The position numbers and the translations under genes are program-made. The notes below the pieces were generated by a model, which was not told where the DNA came from, did no database searches, and saw only the letters and a list, made by a program, of their open reading frames with translations. DNA of 64,000 bases from an uncultured Chloroflexia bacterium (GTDB lineage: Bacteria > Chloroflexota > Limnocylindria > Limnocylindrales > CSP1-4): contig CAWABZ010000013.1 of the NCBI GenBank assembly GCA_963780425.1, positions 68,644 to 132,643 on the forward strand. The letters are read 5' to 3'. Below, piece after piece: positions 45,822-55,134 of the stretch; within the stretch, counting starts at the first letter, position 1, and each line of letters starts with the position of its first letter.

Positions 45822-46229
45822 ATGCGAAACCCGCCGATCCTCATCTCGGTCATCGGTTTCTTCGGAGCCCTGGCTGGCTTCTACTGGCTGTACCTGGGCC
45901 TACGGCTCCTTGGCTTCGACTGGTTCGGGGTCCTCGGAGACCTTCCGGCCTTCGAGCAGAGCGGGCTTTGGGCATGGCTCGCCATCGGCGCGGGTGTCGC
46001 TTGGCTCGCCGCTGCGGCAGGCCTCTGGTCGCTCCGGGAGTGGGCGTGGCAGTTCGCGATCATCGTCGCCGGGTTCGCGCTCTTCGAGGCGTTCCTGTGG
46101 TTCCTCGAAGCACCCGGCAGCGGGGTCGGATTCAGTGCCGCGATCATGCCGCTGATCATCATCTGGTACCTCAACTCGCAGGAGGTTCGGGCAGCCTTCG
46201 GCAAGGTCGACGCCGCCAGCGCTTCCTGA
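45822..46229 (+). CDS. hypothetical 4-TM membrane protein
   Basis: An RBS (ggagggag) precedes the ATG at 45822. The protein is hydrophobic and Trp-rich. No family was recognised. Confidence 0.6.
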   Translation: MRNPPILISVIGFFGALAGFYWLYLGLRLLGFDWFGVLGDLPAFEQSGLWAWLAIGAGVAWLAAAAGLWSLREWAWQFAIIVAGFALFEAFLWFLEAPGSGVGFSAAIMPLIIIWYLNSQEVRAAFGKVDAASAS

Positions 46230-46253
46230 CACCAGAAGACGGGCGTCGAACCT

Positions 46254-46306
46254 GGCGCGGCGATCGGCATCGACCTGATCGCCGCGCCACGGGCAGTTTC
46301 GTTTCG
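46254..46306 (+). terminator. stem-loop terminator (12-bp perfect stem GGCGCGGCGATC / GATCGCCGCGCC)
   Basis: Arms at 46254-46265 and 46277-46288, followed by agtttcgtttcgg. It lies between convergent genes. Confidence 0.55.
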
Positions 46307-46343
46307 GCTCGGCCTCACGGGGCTCGGTGTCGCGCGGCCCCGC

Positions 46344-46862
46344 TCAGCGATGAACCAGGAGCTCCACGACGACGATCGCGATGCCGATCGACGCCGTCAG
46401 CACGGTGGAACTGACCAGGCCAGCGAGGTCCTCGCCGGCCGCCCGCCCCGCCAGATATCCCACTCCCGCCAGGACTGCGATCCCGGCGCCGTTCGAGAAG
46501 CCCATCGCGATCCCCGATGACCACCAGCCGAGTGACGCCCCGCCGAAGGCAAGGACTGACGGGATCGCGGCCAGGACGATCGGCCAGGCGTGGCGCAGCG
46601 CCTGAATGATCTGCGCGGGCGACGCCGTATGCCCCAGGGCCGCACGCCGACCCAGCAGGGCGGAGTAGGCGTGCGCGAACCATGTCGCCGCCGCACCCAC
46701 GACGATGATCGCGCCCGCACCCGTTGGGCTCGCGCCACCGGCCACTTCGATGCCGGCCATCGCGATCAGCGCCGCCAGCGTCCCGTACACGAGTTCGCTC
46801 ATCCAGGTGGCGCGCTCGATCGGGTCTGCAGGTTGACGCAGCATGCCGTCCATTGTCACCAC
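46344..46862 (-). CDS. hypothetical integral membrane protein
   Basis: 172 aa with about 5 Gly/Ala-rich TM segments. No family was recognised. Confidence 0.55.
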   Translation of the reverse strand: MVTMDGMLRQPADPIERATWMSELVYGTLAALIAMAGIEVAGGASPTGAGAIIVVGAAATWFAHAYSALLGRRAALGHTASPAQIIQALRHAWPIVLAAIPSVLAFGGASLGWWSSGIAMGFSNGAGIAVLAGVGYLAGRAAGEDLAGLVSSTVLTASIGIAIVVVELLVHR

Positions 46863-47025
46863 GAGACCGCGCGTTCGTGGCGGCGCCCGGCGCCCGAGGG
46901 TCAGGCCGTGAGCGACAAGCCGACCAGGGGCACGCTGAGATTCGGGCTGAGCGCCGTCGTCAGCGATCCGACGCCATGAACGCGGCCATCACCAGGTGTA
47001 CGCCGCTGATCGCCGGGTCAGGCGG

Positions 47026-47808
47026 TCATGCAGGGCTGCTTTTAAGCACCTTGGAGAAATGCTCGAGCGCCGTCCGCGTCTTGGTCTCCTGCTGACCGGA
47101 GAGGTCTACCCCGCTTTCGGAGAGGAAGGCCCGCGTCTCGGCCGCGACCTGGAACGCTTCCCCGGGCTGGCATTTCGTCGAGAGTTCGAGGATGCGTGTC
47201 CCGTTCGGGTAGAACCACAGCTCCGCCACCATCTTTCGCGGAAATGCCTTTGGGACGAATCTCAACTTGAGGACGTTGATGGGGCCCAGCGGCACGAGGT
47301 CGTCCAGGGTGTGGCCCTTGGGGGCGTTCGCTGCGAAGAAGTCGCGTTGCTCGCGCGAGAACACCTTGCGGATCGACCGGTCGCCAGCAAGGACGGGCTT
47401 CACGGAGCCTGCGCCCCATTGCGCCTTGAGTGACGCCGAGCACACGAACCCACCCGGCATGGCATCGACTTCGACGCCGAAGTTCGGCGACTTGCGAAGC
47501 TTCGGGGAGAGCTCGCTGGGAACCACCGGACGCAGCTTGACGACCGAGTCGTCGCCCTTGCCCTGGACTCGTCGTGCGCGGACGACGAGTCCGTTCCGGC
47601 TCAGCGTGAGATCAGGGGTGTCGAAGAACACGACCTGGCGGATCTGTGAGTCCAGCACGTCCAGTTCGAGCGAGGCCGCCGCGGAGCGGTGGTCGGTTTC
47701 GGGGACCGTGAGCTTCAGCTCCACGGTGTCAGCGCCCTTGAGCAGCCCGAGCAGCTCCGAAAGCTGTGCGCCCGACAGGGCGGGCGCTGGGCGTGTTGCC
47801 TTGGCCAC
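47026..47808 (-). CDS. CYTH-like (triphosphate tunnel metalloenzyme fold) protein
   Basis: The alternating charged beta-strand pattern is VELKLTV, LVVRARR, VVKLRP, VEVDA and ILELSTK. The locus is noticeably less GC-rich than its flanks. Confidence 0.55.
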   Translation of the reverse strand: MAKATRPAPALSGAQLSELLGLLKGADTVELKLTVPETDHRSAAASLELDVLDSQIRQVVFFDTPDLTLSRNGLVVRARRVQGKGDDSVVKLRPVVPSELSPKLRKSPNFGVEVDAMPGGFVCSASLKAQWGAGSVKPVLAGDRSIRKVFSREQRDFFAANAPKGHTLDDLVPLGPINVLKLRFVPKAFPRKMVAELWFYPNGTRILELSTKCQPGEAFQVAAETRAFLSESGVDLSGQQETKTRTALEHFSKVLKSSPA

Positions 47809-48032
47809 GGGTCATCCTCCTCGAGGGCGGGACCGGTTGGACCGAGATGATCCCTGGCGCGTCCCTGTGAAAGGACACGTCGCCGAACCGCCGCCGCCAC
47901 TCTACGAGGCGCCACGGATGGGGCCATCACCCGAAGTTGATGAGGACGCCTGGACGCCGGCGACGGGCATCATCCCGCGTGGAGCGCTTGTCCCGGCAGC
48001 GTGGCAGGCCGGGCGCGTGGGATGATTCGATC

Positions 48033-48548
48033 GTGGCTCGCAGTCACGCCGTCCGCATCGACCCGATGGCTCCGGCCGATTGGCCGGCCGTCCATCGCAT
48101 CTACGCCGAGGGCATCGCCACGGGCGACGCGACGCTCGAACGCGATGCGCCCGACTGGGACCATTTCGACCGGTCGCATCGGCGCGACTGCCGGCTGGTC
48201 GCGCGGGCCGTTCGCGGGGGCCCGGCCGTCGGCTGGGTCGCGCTGACCGCCTATTCGGCTCGTCGCGTCTATAGCGGTGTGGCCTGGGAGAGCGTCTACG
48301 TCGCCGCCGATCAGCGCGGTCGCGGCGTCGGCCGAACGCTGCTCGAGGCTCTTATTCCAGCTTCGGAGGCAGCCGGATTCTGGACCCTTCTCGCCGGGAT
48401 CATGGTCGAGAACGAAGCGAGTCTTGCGCTGCACGAGGGCTGCGGGTTCGAACCGGTCGGTGTCATGCGCTCCATGGGCCGCGACGGCACCGGCCGCTGG
48501 CGTGACGTGGTCCTGATGCAGCGGCGGAGTCAGCTTATCGGGACCTGA
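48033..48548 (+). CDS. GNAT N-acetyltransferase (phosphinothricin acetyltransferase-like)
   Basis: VRIDPMAPADWPAVHRIYAEGIATGDATLE and the acetyl-CoA motif QRGRGVGRTLLEAL. The GTG start at 48033 was chosen; an alternative ATG lies at 48066. Confidence 0.8.
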   Translation: MARSHAVRIDPMAPADWPAVHRIYAEGIATGDATLERDAPDWDHFDRSHRRDCRLVARAVRGGPAVGWVALTAYSARRVYSGVAWESVYVAADQRGRGVGRTLLEALIPASEAAGFWTLLAGIMVENEASLALHEGCGFEPVGVMRSMGRDGTGRWRDVVLMQRRSQLIGT

Positions 48549-48554
48549 CCGGCC

Positions 48555-51500
48555 TCACTCGACCAGGCCGAGCCGTGCGGCCACCGTCGCGGCCTCCGTT
48601 CGCGTCGCCACACCGAGCTTGCCGAGGATGTTCGAGACGTGGACGCCGGCCGTGCTCTCGCTGATGAACAGCTCCTCAGCGATGCGCCGGTTCGTATGGC
48701 CCTCGACGAGCAGCGCGAGGACCTCGCGCTCGCGGGCGGTGAGGCCGTGGTCGTCGTCGCCGGCACCGTGGGCTGACTCCGGCTCCTCGAGCGTCGTCGC
48801 CGGACCGATCGCGATACGCGACCGGCGCGCGAGGGCCTCGATCCAGCCCACCAGCGGAGCCGCGCCCAGCCCGGCCGCCTTGGCGTGCGCGTCGCCGAGG
48901 ACAGCCGCTGCCTCGCGACGTGGTGTCCGTACCGTCAGGAGCGCCTCGCCCAGGCGATAGCGGGCATACGCCATCGGCCAGGCCATGCCGACGCGATCGA
49001 TATCGTCCACGGCTCGGCGCCAGGCGTCGGGGTTCGCGATGCCCTCGGCACGCCAGGCCTCGGCGGCGCTCAGCGAGACCGCGGCAATGAGCTGCCCTCC
49101 GTACATCGATGGCCCCGGCGCTTCGGTGAGCCAGCTGTCGAGCGTCTCGAGATAGCGGCGGGCGGCTTCCGCCGCGTTCGTGGCGGTCGTGCTGTCACGC
49201 GCGGCACGCGCGACCTCGGCACGGTCGGCTTCCGCGCGGGCGGCGATCGTCAGGACATCCATGAGGTAGTAGCGGTCGGCCGTGCGACGGATCATGTCGA
49301 CACCGTCGGCTGCCGATGCCGCCGCCTGATCGGCACGTCCGGTCGTCAATGCGAGCTCGACGAGGCCGACGTACACCTGCCCGGTGAACTGTGCCTCGTG
49401 CAACGGTGCGACCGTGGCGCGTCCCTCCTCGAGCAGTCGCTCAGCTTCACCCGTGTCACCACGACGTGCGTAGAACACCCCGAGCACGGTGATCATGCCG
49501 AGCCGGTTCACCCCGATGACATCACTCGCCATGAGGTCGTCGGCGAGCTCCGCGGCCACATCCCAGCGGCCGACCCTGACCGCGGCATCGACGGCGTTGC
49601 CGGCGAGGAAGCGCCCGTACCCGTTGCTCGCGCCAACTCCGCGCGCCCAGGCGACGCCATCCATCGATACGCGGAGACTCTCCTCGCCCGATCCGCAGAT
49701 GAGCAGCGTGGAACTCAGGTTGGCGTAGGAGCGGCCACGGTCGTCCACGTCGTTCAGCTCGCGCGTCAGGTCGAAGGCATCCCGCAGGATGCGCAGGCCC
49801 TCGCCGCAATCGCCGAGCAGGGACGTGCTCGTGCCGAGCGTGTTGAGCGCGTGCGCTTCCGAGAGGCGTGCGCCGGTCGCGCGCGCCTCCTCGATCGCGG
49901 CCTTTGCCGCCTCGATCGCCTGCGGGTGGTCGCCGCGCAGCATGTGGGAACCCGCGATGCCGGCCAAGACCCTAGCCCGCACCGGCGAGTGGCCCGTGCG
50001 TTCCAGGGCCTCCGCTGTCGCCTCCAGCCGTTCGAGGCCCTCGTCCGTCCCGCCCGAGATCCACATCGCTCGGGCGAGGCGCTCATTGGCGTCCGCCCAC
50101 CGCTCGAGCTGATCCGCGGGATCGAGCCGTTCGACCGCGGCGCGCGCGAGGTCGACGGCGCGGTCATTGCTCCCGCTGACCATCGCCGCAAGCGCCCCTT
50201 CGTGATAGAGCGCCGCGGCGTCCGTGTCGGTCGGTCGATCGTCGGCCGGAACTGCGTCCCAGAGGTCGATCGCACGTTCGTATGCCCGAGCCGCCTCGCC
50301 GAACGCATGCGCCGCCCCAGCCGCCCGGGCTGCCCTGACCCAGGCTCGGAGCGCCCGCTCGGACTCATGCGCGGCGGTCGCGTGGTGGGCCAACGTGGCG
50401 AGGTGACTGGCGCCCTCCGCGCCGGGCGGCACCGGGCGCGCATCAAGAGCGGCTGCATAGGCGGCGTGGAGGCGACGTCGCTCGCTCGGGAGCAGGTCGT
50501 CGTAGACGGCCTCGGCGAGCAGAGCGTGTCGGAACCGGTAGGAGCCGCGAGTGGCCTGTGGGTCGACGGTCAGGATCTGCGCCGCGACGGCCTCCCTGAG
50601 GGGACCCTCGATGTCGGTCTCGGCGGAACCGGCGACATCGGCGAGCAGGTCGGCCTCGACCGCCCTGCCCGCCACTGCGGCAACCCCGAGGATCCGTTGG
50701 GCATCCTCGGACAGGGACGTCACGCGAGTCATCAGAACGTCGCGCAGGGTCGGCGGCAGGTGGTCGGCGGCCGTATCCGCACCGGACGCCAGGAGTTCCT
50801 CGGCGAAGAACGGATTGCCCTCCGCTCGGCGCTCGATCGCGTCGAGCAGGTCCGCACCCGGCCGATGGCCGAGGATGGCCGTGATCTGCGCATCCAACTC
50901 GGCCCGCCCGAACCGGCCGACCTCGATCCGCACGACCCGCTGCAGGCGGTCCATCTCCGACAACCAGGGTCGGAGCGGATGGCGCCGGTTCAGCTCATCG
51001 GTGCGATACGTCCCGATGACGGCCAACCGCTCGGTCCGCGCGTTGCGCGCCAGGAACGACAGGACGTCGCGCGTCGAGCTGTCCGCCCAGTGCAGATCCT
51101 CGACGACGAGGACCACCGGGATACGCTCGCTCAGCGATCGCAGGAGGACGAGCAGGCCCTCGAAGATCCGTCCCTGGACCCAGCCGGGCCGATCGAACGC
51201 ATCGGGCTCCGAGGTCGCCGCGGGTCCGAGCTCGGGCAGCAGGCGGCCGAGGTCATTCGTCTCGGGCAGGCGCAGCTCGTCGATGTCGCGGATCGTGCCT
51301 GCCTCACCGGCGGCGATGATCGCGGGCAGACGGCGCAACGCCTCGACGATCGGAGCGAACGGTAGCCCCTCGCCGCTGCCGAGCGACACGCAGCCACCCT
51401 CGAGCACCAGGGATCCGCTCTCGCGTGCCACTCCGGCGGCTTCCGCGACGAGACGGGTCTTGCCGATGCCGGCATCTCCGCCCACGAGCACGACGACGGC

Positions 51501-51644
51501 GTCGCCGGCGCGCCCGCGCACGAGCGCGTCGCTGAGAGATCCGAGCTCTCGCTTGCGACCGATGAAGTCAGGGCTCGCGACCCGCGTGGCCACGGCCCCA
51601 TGGTACGGGGCCTGGCCCGCAGGCCGTGGCCCGACGATCGTCAC
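48555..51644 (-). CDS. LAL-type regulator (N-terminal P-loop ATPase + TPR-like middle + C-terminal LuxR HTH)
   Basis: Walker A is GGDAGIGKT and Walker B-like is VVLVVEDLHWAD. The C-terminus is LTAREREVLALLVEGHTNRRIAEELFISESTAGVHVSNILGKLGV. Confidence 0.9.
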   Translation of the reverse strand: MTIVGPRPAGQAPYHGAVATRVASPDFIGRKRELGSLSDALVRGRAGDAVVVLVGGDAGIGKTRLVAEAAGVARESGSLVLEGGCVSLGSGEGLPFAPIVEALRRLPAIIAAGEAGTIRDIDELRLPETNDLGRLLPELGPAATSEPDAFDRPGWVQGRIFEGLLVLLRSLSERIPVVLVVEDLHWADSSTRDVLSFLARNARTERLAVIGTYRTDELNRRHPLRPWLSEMDRLQRVVRIEVGRFGRAELDAQITAILGHRPGADLLDAIERRAEGNPFFAEELLASGADTAADHLPPTLRDVLMTRVTSLSEDAQRILGVAAVAGRAVEADLLADVAGSAETDIEGPLREAVAAQILTVDPQATRGSYRFRHALLAEAVYDDLLPSERRRLHAAYAAALDARPVPPGAEGASHLATLAHHATAAHESERALRAWVRAARAAGAAHAFGEAARAYERAIDLWDAVPADDRPTDTDAAALYHEGALAAMVSGSNDRAVDLARAAVERLDPADQLERWADANERLARAMWISGGTDEGLERLEATAEALERTGHSPVRARVLAGIAGSHMLRGDHPQAIEAAKAAIEEARATGARLSEAHALNTLGTSTSLLGDCGEGLRILRDAFDLTRELNDVDDRGRSYANLSSTLLICGSGEESLRVSMDGVAWARGVGASNGYGRFLAGNAVDAAVRVGRWDVAAELADDLMASDVIGVNRLGMITVLGVFYARRGDTGEAERLLEEGRATVAPLHEAQFTGQVYVGLVELALTTGRADQAAASAADGVDMIRRTADRYYLMDVLTIAARAEADRAEVARAARDSTTATNAAEAARRYLETLDSWLTEAPGPSMYGGQLIAAVSLSAAEAWRAEGIANPDAWRRAVDDIDRVGMAWPMAYARYRLGEALLTVRTPRREAAAVLGDAHAKAAGLGAAPLVGWIEALARRSRIAIGPATTLEEPESAHGAGDDDHGLTAREREVLALLVEGHTNRRIAEELFISESTAGVHVSNILGKLGVATRTEAATVAARLGLVE

Positions 51645-51823
51645 GCCGTCGCGGCCGTCCCGGCGATCCGCCGCAGGAGGGCCGACAGCGGCCCCTTCTT
51701 CGGCTGGTCGACTGTTCGGGCGGGGCGCTCGGGCGTCAGGGCTGCCATCAGCTGGTAGTTCGCCTCGGCTCGGCGGATCGTCGCGTCGTGCTGGTCGAAC
51801 CTGGTTTCGAAGTCGGCGAGCAT
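51641..51823 (-). CDS. hypothetical 60-aa protein translationally coupled to the LAL regulator
   Basis: MLADFETRFDQHDATIRRAEANYQLMAAL... An RBS (gaaaggaa) lies 7 nt upstream. The stop overlaps the LAL start (4-nt overlap at 51641-51644). Confidence 0.5.
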   Translation of the reverse strand: MLADFETRFDQHDATIRRAEANYQLMAALTPERPARTVDQPKKGPLSALLRRIAGTAATA

Positions 51824-52058
51824 CGCGGGTTCCTTTCTGGTCCTGCCATCGCTTTTTCGATGGTGTTCCTGTGCGATGCCATCACCGTACGGGGCGGCGC
51901 TCCGCTCGCCATCTGGAGACTGACCGATGTTTGGAGGGCCGCTGCCTTTATTTCCGGGCAGCTCGGTTCGGTCGCCTTTAGTCCCGAACATCGGTGCCCG
52001 CTCCATAGGCCCGGCCGCCACTAGACTGGTCTTCTCAGCCGAGGAGGCCAGTCGCTCC

Positions 52059-53282
52059 ATGTACTACGTCCAGCGCGGCACCGTCCCTCGCCAGCGCCAC
52101 ACGCAGCATCGAGCGGCGGATGGCTCGCTCTACGCGGAGGAACTGTTCGGCGTCGAGGGCTTTACAGGGCGCTCATCCCTGCTCTACCACCTGACGCCGC
52201 CGACGCGCACGCACCGCATAGAGCCGGGCAGCAGCATCCGGCTCGAGCCGGCCGATGACGGTCTCCATCGGCATCGACTGACGAAGACCGGTGGGATCGA
52301 ACCGTCCGGCGACGTGATCACCGGTCGCATCCCGCTCTACTTCAACCACGACGTCGTGTTCGGGGTCGTCCGCCCGGCGCAGTCGATGCCGGAGGGCGCT
52401 TTCTACCGCAACGGCATAGCCGACGAGATGCTGTTCGTCCACGAGGGGACCGGTGTCTGCGACACGATCTTCGGGCCGCTGCGCTACGGGCCGGGCGATT
52501 ACCTCGTGCTGCCGATCGGGACGACGTGGCGGCTCGACCCGGACGCCGGATCCGCCCAACGCATCCTCTACCTCGAAGCGCCGTCGGAGATCGAGCCGCC
52601 CAAGCGGTATCGCAACGACTACGGCCAGCTGCTCGAGCACGCTCCGTACTCCCAGCGCGACCTGCATGCCCCCGACGAGGCCGCGCCGCGCGACGACGAG
52701 GGTGACTTCGTCATCCATGTCCGATCCGCCGACCGGGCGACGGCCTACCACTACCGGCACCATCCGTTCGACCTGGTCGGCTGGGACGGCTACCTGTGGC
52801 CGTTCCGCTTCAACATCGGCGACTTCCAGCCCATCACGGGACGCGTCCACCAGCCGCCGCCGGTCCACCAGACGTTCCAGGCGCGGAACTTCGTGGTCTG
52901 CTCCTTCGTGCCCCGCAAGTTCGACTATCACCCGCTGGCGATCCCGGCGCCGTACAACCACTCGAACATCAACTCGGACGAGGTCATCTACTACGTGGCT
53001 GGCAACTTCATGAGTCGCCGAGGTGTGGAGATCGCGTCGTTCACGCTGCATCCGGCGGGGATCCCGCACGGACCGCATCCCGGCACGGTCGAGGCGTCGA
53101 TCGGCAAGGAGGCGACCGAGGAGCTGGCGGTGATGGTCGACACGTTCCACCCGCTCCAGATCACGCAGGCGGCGATGGACCTCGACGACGGGAAGTACCC
53201 GTTCAGCTGGCTGCCACCCGAGGATGCCTCCGGCGAGGCCCGCGAACTGAGCGAACGCGGCCCGGAGGCGTTCCCGGACTGA
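52059..53282 (+). CDS. hmgA: homogentisate 1,2-dioxygenase
   Basis: The sequence from MYYVQRG has an RBS (gaggagg) upstream. Motifs are GDYLVLPIGTTWR, FRFNIGDFQPITGRVHQPPPVH and TLHPAGIPHGPHPG. Confidence 0.9.
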   Translation: MYYVQRGTVPRQRHTQHRAADGSLYAEELFGVEGFTGRSSLLYHLTPPTRTHRIEPGSSIRLEPADDGLHRHRLTKTGGIEPSGDVITGRIPLYFNHDVVFGVVRPAQSMPEGAFYRNGIADEMLFVHEGTGVCDTIFGPLRYGPGDYLVLPIGTTWRLDPDAGSAQRILYLEAPSEIEPPKRYRNDYGQLLEHAPYSQRDLHAPDEAAPRDDEGDFVIHVRSADRATAYHYRHHPFDLVGWDGYLWPFRFNIGDFQPITGRVHQPPPVHQTFQARNFVVCSFVPRKFDYHPLAIPAPYNHSNINSDEVIYYVAGNFMSRRGVEIASFTLHPAGIPHGPHPGTVEASIGKEATEELAVMVDTFHPLQITQAAMDLDDGKYPFSWLPPEDASGEARELSERGPEAFPD

Positions 53283-53390
53283 ACCTCGACTCGGATCCTA
53301 GGCGACCCGTCGCCGCTCCGGCCGGGCCCTCGCCGATGGGCCGCGCGCGGCCGGTCCACACCGGACGTCGGGACCCGGCATCATCTGGCC

Positions 53391-54161
53391 ATGCCCGACC
53401 TGCGCACGCGCATCCGCAGCGGCGAGACGCTGATCGGCGTCTTCTCGGACCTGGCTTCGCCGCTGGCGGTCGAGCTGTGCGGCCAGGCCGGCTTCGATTG
53501 GGCCGTGCTCGACCTGGAGCACGGGGCGGCGACCGAGGCAGACCTCCTGGCCATGCTGTACGCCGCGGGGACGACACCGATGGCTCCGCTCGTCCGGCCA
53601 CAGTCCGCCGAGCGCTTGCGGATCGGCCGGGCGCTGGATCTCGGGGCCGCGGGGATCGTGCTCCCGCAGCTCCAGTCGCTCGACGAGGTCCGGTCGGCGC
53701 TGCGCTACCTGCGGTATCCGCCGGTCGGCCAGCGTGGCGTGGCGCTTCGAACCCGCGGTGCCGGTATGGGCACCATCGGCCATGGGGACGTCGCGCGGGT
53801 GGTCAACGAGCGGGTGGTCGGCATCGTCCAGATCGAATCGGCCGGGCTCATCGCGGACGCCGACGCGATCGCGGCCCTCGAGGAGGTCGACGTCCTGTTC
53901 GTCGGCCCGGCCGACCTGTCGCACAGTCTGGGCATCCCCGGCCGCTTCGAAGAAAGCGCCTATCAGGACGCGCTGCGCTCGGTCGTCGCGGCGTGTCAGG
54001 CCCACGGCAAGGCGGCAGGCATCCTGATCTACGACGCGGCAGGCCTCCCGCCGTTGCTCGATCTCGGCTTCAGGTTCATCGGGCTCGGCTCGGAGGGCTC
54101 GTTCGTGTCGGCCGGCGCCCGAGCGATGCTCGCTGCGGCCGGTCGGACGGCGTCGGCGTAG
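53391..54161 (+). CDS. HpcH/HpaI-family aldolase
   Basis: GFDWAVLDLEHG, LVRP, LDLGAAGIVLPQ, YPPVGQRG, VQIES and GPADLS. Confidence 0.85.
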   Translation: MPDLRTRIRSGETLIGVFSDLASPLAVELCGQAGFDWAVLDLEHGAATEADLLAMLYAAGTTPMAPLVRPQSAERLRIGRALDLGAAGIVLPQLQSLDEVRSALRYLRYPPVGQRGVALRTRGAGMGTIGHGDVARVVNERVVGIVQIESAGLIADADAIAALEEVDVLFVGPADLSHSLGIPGRFEESAYQDALRSVVAACQAHGKAAGILIYDAAGLPPLLDLGFRFIGLGSEGSFVSAGARAMLAAAGRTASA

Positions 54162-54169
54162 TTCGCGTA

Positions 54170-54902
54170 GCGCAGGCGCGATCGGCGCCCGTCGACCGAT
54201 GTCCGGAATCAGCCAGTCGCGACGCCGACTCGACGGGTCGATCAGCGCGAAGCCACGCCCTGCGATCGACCCACTCGGGTCGACAAACGCCGCCTGCAAT
54301 GCCGGGGGCCGCACGGGGAAGGCGATCGACAGCAGATCCCTGTGCGCTCGCACCACGCGCTCGACCTCGTCGCTGGCGAGGGCCAGAACGCAGGCTCCGA
54401 TGCGGGTCGGCTGCCAGCCGAGGCGACGCGCCGTGGGGAGAGCCATTCGCTCGTACCAGGTGATCTGGCGCTCCAGGGCGCCGAGATCATCCAGCCTCGT
54501 CTTGACCTCGATGACCATGAGCATCCCCGTTCTCCTGTCGAAGGCGAGCAGGTCGATCCAACCATGTGTCCGCCCGTGGACGATCTCGACCTCGCGTGCG
54601 GTTGCCCAGCCGAGCGCCCGGAGTCGGCGGTCGACGTAGGCCGAGCACCTGGCGTGGACCGAGTCCTGGAGGTGCGGTCCGGCCGGGAATATCGGCGGCC
54701 TGATCGATAGTGCGATGTCCAGACCAAGCGCATCGGCGATCGCCTCGACAAGACGCAACGATGGGTTCGCATGGCCTCGTTCGATGAGCGCGATGTACCT
54801 CGCCGTGACGCCGACTCGATCCCCAAGCGCTTGGCGGCTGACATCGAGCGCGATCCGCGTGTCGAGGCACGCGCGCCCGAACGTCAGCCGCACAGTGGCC
54901 AT
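54170..54902 (-). CDS. XRE-family HTH fused to a PD-(D/E)xK nuclease-like domain; 3' end unresolved
   Basis: The HTH is LDVSRQALGDRVGVTARYIALIERGHANPSL and the nuclease-like core is GWIDLLAFD...LMVIEVKT. As assembled, the ORF runs on to 53298, antisense through the aldolase gene. The real stop is therefore probably lost or shifted. Confidence 0.6.
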
Positions 54903-55134
54903 GCCTCGATTTCAGCAGAGGGCGCTCATCACCGGCTTACCTCGGACTCAACGGAACTGGCAGTTCCGACGGACGCCGACGAACCTGCAGAGGTGCATCG
55001 CAGATTTGACGATCGGCGTTGTCCTGGGTCAGCAGCCCTCCACGTTCGTTGAGGCAACTGGAACTCCGAGTTCCGACTCGGCGGGTCGTTGGTTCTAGGC
55101 CGCGGGGCGCGGGTCGGGCCCGATCGCGGCGCCC

